DNA of 32,000 bases from Prochlorococcus marinus str. NATL2A (GTDB lineage: Bacteria; Cyanobacteriota; Cyanobacteriia; PCC-6307; Cyanobiaceae), in the NCBI RefSeq assembly GCF_000012465.1, contig NC_007335.2, positions 570,001 through 602,000 of the forward strand, read 5' to 3'. Below the pieces are notes generated by a model. That model searched no databases. It saw nothing but the letters and a program-made list of their open reading frames with translations, and had not been told where the DNA came from. Both the position numbers and the translations under genes were made by a program. This document shows, in pieces, positions 25,856-32,000 of this stretch. Numbering within the stretch: position 1 is the stretch's first letter; every line of letters begins with the position of its first letter.

Positions 25856-27652
25856 TTGACAATTTCACTAGCTCGTTACAATTTTTTTATCAGCTTAGAG
25901 CTCCTTAAAACTCTAGTAGCTAAGGGAGTGAAATATTTTGTCCTTTGCCCCGGTAGCAGATCAGGCCCTCTAGCTTTGGCCGCAGCAAGTCTCTCTAAAA
26001 GAAAAGAATTAACTCTCATAACATCAATTGACGAAAGGTCAGCTGCATTCCTTGCTTTGGGAATAAGTGCAGCTAGTGGGCAAGTAAGTTGTGTCATTAC
26101 AACTTCTGGAAGTGCTGTCGCAAATCTTTTGCCGGCTGCTGTTGAAGCAGATAGGTCATGCCATCCTCTCTTGTTTTTAACTGCAGATAGACCTTTGCGA
26201 TTAAAAGAATGTGGAGCCAATCAAGCAGTTAATCAACAGGATTTTCTTAAGTCTGTTTGTAGACATTTTGATGAATCTCCAAAAGAAGGAATTCATTTGA
26301 TTTCTAAAGAAAGACTGACATCTCTAGTTGGAAAATCATTCGAAATGGCTTCTAACATCCCCGGACCAGTTCATATTAACCTTGCTTATGAAGAGCCTTT
26401 GCATCCTTGCGAACTTGATCAGAAAAAAGTTCTTGATGGATGGGTCATTGAAGGATTTTTAAAGGGAAAAATCACTCCAACTAAGGATGAGGTTGTTAAA
26501 AGTTTTCAATCTTTAAAACTACTAAAATTAGATCCATTTTCTTTGGGAATAATTATTGTTGGGCCATGGAGAGGAAAAGTAAAACAACTTAATTCCTTTA
26601 GGGGCGCATTAAAGAAATGGCAAAAATTAACTGGATGGCCAATTCTTGCGGATCCGCTCTCTGGGGTTGAAAATGATCAAGAGGGTTTAATAAATCACTG
26701 GGATCTTTTTTTCTCAATAGGTTTATTTGAAAAAATCAAAGAGATTCAAGTTTTACGATTGGGTCCAATACCTCCGAGTAGAGAATTACAAACTTGGCTT
26801 AAAAAACCTGGGAAATTTCAATTACTTATTACTGAGGGAGATTCTCGAAATCTTGATCCCATAGGTGGCTCGACACAATTTAGTGAAGGATTTTCTTGTT
26901 GGGTTGATAAAATGCTTGAGGTTATTCCGGTAAAGCCAGCAATAGATAAAAAAATTGTTAGTAAAAAGTTGATTAAAGAGCTTATAAAATATGATTTATT
27001 TATCCATGATTGGCTTGATAAAAGGTTATTCAGAAATGGGTTAATTACTGAACCTGCTTTAGCTAGATTGCTTCCTCGCTTGTTACCAGAGTCTATCCCT
27101 GTGATGATTGCTTCAAGTAGTCCCATAAGAGATTGGTTGAGTTATTCAGGTGAGGGGGCTTTCCTGAGGAGGTGTTTTGGCTTTAGGGGGGCATCAGGAA
27201 TTGATGGGACACTCTCAATGGGTATGGGATTATCAATAATTATGGGGAGAATGGTATTGGTTACAGGTGATTTAGCACTTCTTCATGATACAAATGGTTG
27301 GCTATTTTCAAAGGATAAAAATATTAGTCTAATTGTAATCATGATTGATAATGGTGGAGGGGGTATATTTAATCAATTAAATATAGATAGAATTGAAGAA
27401 GGCGATTTTGAAGACATTTTTCTTATGCCTCAGCAAGTTTGTCATCTTACACTTGCGAAAGCCTATGGATTGAAATATAAGCAAGTTGCTTGCTTGGATG
27501 ATTTAGAAAAAGCAATTGAATGGAGTTTTTCTTTGTCAACAAATGTATTAATAAGAGTTTGTACTAACTCTATTGAAGATCATAGATTGAGAGTAAATTT
27601 AAGTGATGACCTAAAAAAAACATTATCTGAGAATTTATCAAGTTTTGACTAA
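25856..27652 (+). CDS. menD: 2-succinyl-5-enolpyruvyl-6-hydroxy-3-cyclohexene-1-carboxylate (SEPHCHC) synthase
   Basis: 598-aa ORF with a TTG start and no early in-frame ATG. It has MenD N-terminal motifs (CPGSRSGPLALAA, ERSAAFLALG, TSGSAVANLLPAAVEA) and the ThDP-binding motif GDLALLHDTNG...NNGGGGIF. Confidence 0.9.
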   Translation: MTISLARYNFFISLELLKTLVAKGVKYFVLCPGSRSGPLALAAASLSKRKELTLITSIDERSAAFLALGISAASGQVSCVITTSGSAVANLLPAAVEADRSCHPLLFLTADRPLRLKECGANQAVNQQDFLKSVCRHFDESPKEGIHLISKERLTSLVGKSFEMASNIPGPVHINLAYEEPLHPCELDQKKVLDGWVIEGFLKGKITPTKDEVVKSFQSLKLLKLDPFSLGIIIVGPWRGKVKQLNSFRGALKKWQKLTGWPILADPLSGVENDQEGLINHWDLFFSIGLFEKIKEIQVLRLGPIPPSRELQTWLKKPGKFQLLITEGDSRNLDPIGGSTQFSEGFSCWVDKMLEVIPVKPAIDKKIVSKKLIKELIKYDLFIHDWLDKRLFRNGLITEPALARLLPRLLPESIPVMIASSSPIRDWLSYSGEGAFLRRCFGFRGASGIDGTLSMGMGLSIIMGRMVLVTGDLALLHDTNGWLFSKDKNISLIVIMIDNGGGGIFNQLNIDRIEEGDFEDIFLMPQQVCHLTLAKAYGLKYKQVACLDDLEKAIEWSFSLSTNVLIRVCTNSIEDHRLRVNLSDDLKKTLSENLSSFD

Positions 27653-27665
27653 ATTTAATTAAAAA

Positions 27666-28565
27666 ATGACTTTAAAACCTATTACTCCTAACAATAACAA
27701 TATGTCTAGAAGAGTTCTCCCTGGGGAAATTATTACCTCATGGGTTTCTGTTGGTGAATACAAAGATATCTTGCTTGATAAAAGCACAGAAGGAATTGCT
27801 CGTGTTGCAATAAATCGTCCTGAGAAAAGAAATGCTTTTCGACCTCAAACAATTTCAGAACTTTGTGATGCATTTATTCGAATAAGAGAAGATCCAAAAA
27901 TTGGAGTTGTTTTATTTACAGGGGTAGGGCCTTCCAAAGATGGAAAGTTCGCTTTTTGTTCTGGCGGAGATCAGGCTATACGTGGAAGTGGAGGATACCT
28001 TGGAGATGATGGAATTCCTCGTTTAAATGTTCTTGATTTACAACGTATAATTCGGAGCCTTCCTAAAGTAGTTATTGCGCTTGTCCCTGGTTTCGCTATA
28101 GGGGGAGGACATGTTTTACATTTAATTTGTGATCTGAGCTTGGCTGCAGATAATGCAATTTTCGGACAAACAGGACCTAAAGTTGGGAGTTTTGATGCAG
28201 GGTTTGGTTCCAGTTATTTAGCAAGGGTTGTAGGTCAAAAAAAGGCTAGAGAAATTTGGTTCCTATGCAGGAAATATGGAGCGAAGGAAGCATTGGATAT
28301 GGGGCTAATAAATGCAATCTCACCAATTAATTTACTCGAGTCAGAAGGAGTTAAATGGGCGAGGGAAATACTTCAAAACAGTCCCACAGCTATAAAGTGT
28401 TTGAAATTTTCTTTTAATGCTGATACAGATGGATTAGCAGGTATCCAAGAGCTAGCTGGCCAGGCAACACATCTTTTTTATACGACTGATGAGTCAAAGG
28501 AGGGAAGAAATGCTTTTATGGAGAAAAGGGATCCTGATTTCTCCGAATCAAAATGGCTTCCATGA
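27666..28565 (+). CDS. menB: 1,4-dihydroxy-2-naphthoyl-CoA synthase
   Basis: 299-aa crotonase-fold ORF. Matches are [55 protein letters not shown] and the C-terminal [14 protein letters not shown]. Confidence 0.95.
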   Translation: MTLKPITPNNNNMSRRVLPGEIITSWVSVGEYKDILLDKSTEGIARVAINRPEKRNAFRPQTISELCDAFIRIREDPKIGVVLFTGVGPSKDGKFAFCSGGDQAIRGSGGYLGDDGIPRLNVLDLQRIIRSLPKVVIALVPGFAIGGGHVLHLICDLSLAADNAIFGQTGPKVGSFDAGFGSSYLARVVGQKKAREIWFLCRKYGAKEALDMGLINAISPINLLESEGVKWAREILQNSPTAIKCLKFSFNADTDGLAGIQELAGQATHLFYTTDESKEGRNAFMEKRDPDFSESKWLP

Positions 28566-28604
28566 TTTTATTTGGTTTATCCAAAAAATAAATCTTTCTT
28601 TTTC
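28564..28604 (+). terminator. Weak candidate intrinsic terminator between menB and glgA
   Basis: An AU-rich imperfect hairpin pairs GATTTTATTT (28564-28573) with AAATAAATC (28586-28594), with one bulge. An inner GG/CC pair closes a 5-nt loop. The U-rich run TTTCTTTTTC (28595-28604) follows. Stability is low and the context is AT-rich, so this could be chance. Confidence 0.25.
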
Positions 28605-28613
28605 ATGAATTAA

Positions 28614-30077
28614 ATGCGAATACTTTTTGCTGCTGCTGAATGCGCCCCAATGATAAAGGTTGGAGGTATGGGTGATGTTGTTGGTTCATTACCTCCTGCG
28701 CTTAAAAAACTTGGACATGACGTTCGATTAATAATTCCAGGGTATGGAAAATTATGGACGTTGATGGATATTGCTCCTGAACCTATCTTTCGATCCAACA
28801 CAATGGGTGTTGACTTCTCTGTTTTTGAAACAAAGCATCCCTCTAATGGGTTGCCAATTTATTTAGTTGGACATCCATGTTTTGATTCTGAGCGTATTTA
28901 CGGAGGAGAAGATGAAGATTGGAGATTTACTTTTTTTGCTAGTGCAGTCTCTGAATTTGCATGGAACTCATGGAAACCACAAGTCCTCCATTGTCATGAC
29001 TGGCATACTGGAATGATTCCAGTTTGGATGCATCAAGACCCCGAAATCAGTACGGTATTTACTATTCATAATCTCAAATATCAAGGCCCATGGAGATGGA
29101 AGCTTGATCAAATAACTTGGTGCCCTTGGTATATGCATGGTGATCACACCATGGCATCAGCAATGTTGTATGCGGATAGAGTGAATGCAGTATCTCCAAC
29201 TTATTCAAGAGAAATTCGAACATCTGAATATGGAGAAAAATTAGAGGGACTTTTAAATTATATTTCTGGGAAATTACGAGGAATATTAAATGGAGTTGAT
29301 CTAGATGAGTGGAACCCAGCAACGGATAATTCATTGCCAGCTAAATTTAGTGTAGATAATATTTCTGGTAGAGCAATTAATAAAAGAGTCCTGCAAGAAA
29401 GAATGGGACTGGAAGTGAACCCTGATAAATATCTAATGGGAATGGTTGGTAGGCTTGTTGACCAAAAAGGTATTGATCTTTTACTACAAGTTGCTAATAG
29501 GCTTCTTTCTTATACTGACTCTCAGGTCGTTGTTCTTGGGACGGGTGATCGCTATTTAGAGTCATCTTTATGGCAACTTGCGATTGAATATCCTGGTCGT
29601 TTTTCTGTTTTTCTTACTTACGATGATGCATTATCTAGGCTCATTTATGGAGGCGCTGATGCATTCCTAATGCCTAGTCGCTTTGAGCCGTGTGGTATCA
29701 GTCAGTTATTAGCTATGCGTTATGGTGCAATTCCGATCGTTAGGAAAGTAGGTGGTTTAGTAGATACAGTAGAGCCTTATAACCCCATGAATGAAACAGG
29801 TTCCGGATTTTGCTTTGATCGGTATGAACCAATTGACTTTTATACATCATTAGTTCGTTCTTGGGAAGAATATAGACATCAAAAAAGTTGGAAGCAGTTG
29901 CAATTAAGAGCAATGTCAAATAAATATAGTTGGGATAGATCCGCGAAGGAATATGAATTAATGTACAAAGACGTTTGTGGAATTAAGGAGCCTTCTCCTG
30001 ATGCGGCAGAGGTTGAAAAGTTTTCTTATGGCCAAGAAGCAGATCCTTCAAGAAAAGGCAAAAAAATAAAATTATAG
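28614..30077 (+). CDS. glgA: Glycogen synthase (ADP-glucose type)
   Basis: 487-aa ORF with the N-terminus [27 protein letters not shown]. Other matches are HCHDWHTG, the GT5 motifs and [12 protein letters not shown]. Confidence 0.95.
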   Translation: MRILFAAAECAPMIKVGGMGDVVGSLPPALKKLGHDVRLIIPGYGKLWTLMDIAPEPIFRSNTMGVDFSVFETKHPSNGLPIYLVGHPCFDSERIYGGEDEDWRFTFFASAVSEFAWNSWKPQVLHCHDWHTGMIPVWMHQDPEISTVFTIHNLKYQGPWRWKLDQITWCPWYMHGDHTMASAMLYADRVNAVSPTYSREIRTSEYGEKLEGLLNYISGKLRGILNGVDLDEWNPATDNSLPAKFSVDNISGRAINKRVLQERMGLEVNPDKYLMGMVGRLVDQKGIDLLLQVANRLLSYTDSQVVVLGTGDRYLESSLWQLAIEYPGRFSVFLTYDDALSRLIYGGADAFLMPSRFEPCGISQLLAMRYGAIPIVRKVGGLVDTVEPYNPMNETGSGFCFDRYEPIDFYTSLVRSWEEYRHQKSWKQLQLRAMSNKYSWDRSAKEYELMYKDVCGIKEPSPDAAEVEKFSYGQEADPSRKGKKIKL

Positions 30078-30122
30078 GATTTTTGAGTATTTAGATTACT
30101 TTGCTTCTATTCAAATATTTGT

Positions 30123-31520
30123 ATGGATATTACTTTTAAGGATTTAATTAAACTTTGGGGGACGCTAGATAATCAAAAGGAAATAGATCTTGATTTACCT
30201 ATTGGTCGTATATCTACTGATTCGAGGACAATCGAAAAAGGTGATTTCTTTGTCCCTTTGGTAGGTAATAAATTTGATGCTCATGATTACTTAGATATGG
30301 CTTTTGATCTTGGTATACAGGCAGCAGTAGTTTCTGAAAAATATAATGGTTTGGTACCAATTGGCCTACCTCACTGGGTGGTTCCAGATACTCTGTACGC
30401 ATATCAACAAATCGCATTGCTTCATCGAAGAAATTTAAATCTTCCTGTAGTTGCTGTTACTGGCTCTGTTGGTAAAACAACTACAAGAGAATTGATTCGA
30501 GCAATATTGTCTCCTCTTGGTGAAATTGTCTCTAGCAGAGGGAATGAAAATAATGATATAGGTGTTCCAAAAACTTTGCTTAGTGGGTCGGAAACAGATG
30601 CTGCATTTGTTCTTGAAATGGGTATGCGTGGTTTTGGTCAAATTACACGTCTCTCTCGAGTCGCTGAACCTGATATAGCTGTAATTACAAATGTGGGACA
30701 AGCTCATATTGGCATTCTTGGTAGTAGAGAAAATATTGCAAAAGCCAAGTCAGAAATCACCTCATACTTAAGCCCTGATGGTGTTGTGATTATTCCTTTT
30801 GGCGATTACATCTTAGAAAAAGCTTTGTTAGAAAAATGGTCAGGACGTATTGTTCGAGTAGAGATAGAGGGCTTTTCACTGAATTGGTTAGATTGTAATA
30901 ATGAGCATTTTGCTTTTCAAGATATTGAACCAGATTATATTTCTCAAATTGATATGCAAAATAATTTCATTCTTTTTGAGGGAAGAAAATTCAAATTGCC
31001 CCTTGAAGGAAGACATAATGCTATGAATTTTCTTCTGGCATTAACTGTCGCAACAGAATTAGGACTATCAATAAAGAAACTTGATCAATTAAAAATAAAT
31101 ATGCCAATAGGAAGAAATAGATTGGTTGATTGTGGACAATATTTAGTATTAGATGAGACTTACAATGCATCTCCTGAATCTGTTATTGCATCTCTAGAGT
31201 TATTGGTAAGCAAGCCTGGTAGACATTTTGCGGTTTTAGGTACGATGCTTGAGTTGGGCTCTGAGAGTATTTTACTGCATCAGAAAGTTCTTAAAAAAGC
31301 AATTGAATTAGGTCTAACTGGTATTGTTTTCGTCTCTTGTGGAGAGGAATCTAATATCATAAAAAAGACAATTAAAGAATTACCAAATCATGATGTAGTA
31401 AGTAACCCAAAAGATGCGGCCATGTCTCTACTACCATGGCTTTCACCGGGAGACAATATTTTAATTAAAGGTAGTCGTAAGTTGGAATTAGAAAAAGTAT
31501 TACCTTATTTACAGAAATAA
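30123..31520 (+). CDS. murF: UDP-N-acetylmuramoyl-tripeptide--D-alanyl-D-alanine ligase
   Basis: 465-aa ORF with Mur-ligase motifs: ISTDSRTIEKGDFFVPLVG..FDAHDY, the P-loop VTGSVGKTTT, EMGMRGFG and DETYNASPES. Confidence 0.9.
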   Translation: MDITFKDLIKLWGTLDNQKEIDLDLPIGRISTDSRTIEKGDFFVPLVGNKFDAHDYLDMAFDLGIQAAVVSEKYNGLVPIGLPHWVVPDTLYAYQQIALLHRRNLNLPVVAVTGSVGKTTTRELIRAILSPLGEIVSSRGNENNDIGVPKTLLSGSETDAAFVLEMGMRGFGQITRLSRVAEPDIAVITNVGQAHIGILGSRENIAKAKSEITSYLSPDGVVIIPFGDYILEKALLEKWSGRIVRVEIEGFSLNWLDCNNEHFAFQDIEPDYISQIDMQNNFILFEGRKFKLPLEGRHNAMNFLLALTVATELGLSIKKLDQLKINMPIGRNRLVDCGQYLVLDETYNASPESVIASLELLVSKPGRHFAVLGTMLELGSESILLHQKVLKKAIELGLTGIVFVSCGEESNIIKKTIKELPNHDVVSNPKDAAMSLLPWLSPGDNILIKGSRKLELEKVLPYLQK

Positions 31521-31534
31521 CTTCGCCGTTATAG

Positions 31535-32000
31535 TTAATCAGCCTTAGTTCTAATAATTGCTTTTGATCTTTCAACTACTAAACTTTTATCTGGAATATC
31601 TTTACTTATTGTTGAGCCTGCACCAATGGTTACATGTGCTCCAATCTTGATGGGTGCAACAAGTACTGAATTCGCACCGGTTTTTGAATAATCATCAATA
31701 ATTGTTCTATGTTTATTTTTACCATCGAAATTAGCTGTGATAGTACCTGCTCCAATATTAATATTTTTTCCTAGAGCTGAATCACCTACATAGCTTAAAT
31801 GATTGATTTTTGTTCCTTCACCAATACAACTTTTTTTTATTTCTACAAAGTTTCCTATTTTAGAATTTTGTCTTATGTTTGATTCCGGTCTTATGTGGGC
31901 GAATGGGCCAATTGATGTATTATTTCCAATCGTTGCCTCATTGATGAATGAATGAATGGCTAATACATTTTCTGCAAGAGTTGAATTTGTTATGACACTA
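31535..32000 (-). CDS. glmU: Bifunctional GlcNAc-1-P uridyltransferase / GlcN-1-P acetyltransferase, C-terminal part. The gene runs off the right edge of the window.
   Basis: This ORF is not in the ORF track. Hand translation of the minus strand gives ...[133 protein letters not shown]. The stop is the complement of 31535-31537. The sequence shows the hexapeptide-repeat left-handed beta-helix typical of the GlmU C-terminus. Confidence 0.85.
   Translation of the reverse strand, partial: SVITNSTLAENVLAIHSFINEATIGNNTSIGPFAHIRPESNIRQNSKIGNFVEIKKSCIGEGTKINHLSYVGDSALGKNINIGAGTITANFDGKNKHRTIIDDYSKTGANSVLVAPIKIGAHVTIGAGSTISKDIPDKSLVVERSKAIIRTKAD

Noticed and set aside
1-30077. glgB (1-719), glk (14817-15842) and glgA (28614-30077) all occur in one window, which hinted at a glycogen metabolism cluster.
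   Set aside because: The genes are 13-14 kb apart, on different strands and in different transcription units, and are interspersed with unrelated housekeeping genes. This is co-occurrence, not a cluster.
1-32000. I searched by eye for CRISPR-like spaced repeats, IS elements and transposases, integrases, phage genes, toxin-antitoxin pairs, restriction-modification or other defence genes, tRNA or rRNA genes, and HIP1 (GCGATCGC) palindromes.
   Set aside because: I found none. Every ORF over 85 aa that is not a shadow ORF is either a recognisable housekeeping gene or a conserved-looking hypothetical with host-like composition. No non-coding gap exceeds 212 bp. A computational repeat and covariance-model scan would be the definitive check.

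Overview
This window reads as a densely packed core-chromosome segment of a low-GC marine picocyanobacterium. It is about 97% coding by the ORF coordinates, and the largest non-coding gap is 212 bp. It is most consistent with Prochlorococcus, possibly a low-light ecotype, but I cannot run a search to confirm this. Supporting signs are NdhD, the phylloquinone genes menD/menB, Ycf51-like and TamB/TIC236-like envelope proteins, DUF760/DUF4336 green-lineage proteins, A/T-ending codons and K/N/I-rich proteins.

I call 28 protein-coding genes. Two are truncated at the window edges and absent from the ORF track: glgB on the left and glmU on the right. I found both by hand translation. The content is mostly housekeeping:
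- Glycogen and sugar metabolism: glgB, glgA, glk.
- Amino-acid metabolism: proA, thrB.
- Folate: folB.
- Aminoacyl-tRNA synthetases: thrS, trpS.
- NDH-1: ndhD.
- Proteolysis and secretion: prlC, lepB.
- Cell wall: murF, glmU.
- Phylloquinone: menD, menB.
- A MntCAB-type Mn ABC importer.

I see no rRNA or tRNA genes, CRISPR arrays, transposases, integrases, phage genes, recognisable defence genes or long repeats. I do not find convincing evidence for a discrete novel multi-gene system. The best leads are individual unknown-function genes and architectural oddities:
- An RGG-box protein with a ribbon-helix-helix-like core, abutting trpS.
- A DUF697 membrane protein with an apparently degenerate GTPase-like domain.
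- A divergent TamB-like / Ycf51-like envelope pair with a chain of three small unknown genes.
- A DUF4336 gene appended to mntCAB.
- Two convergent gene pairs that share overlapping stop codons, one with a candidate terminator hairpin embedded in the opposing coding sequence.

All family calls rest on motif recognition from the translations, not on database searches.
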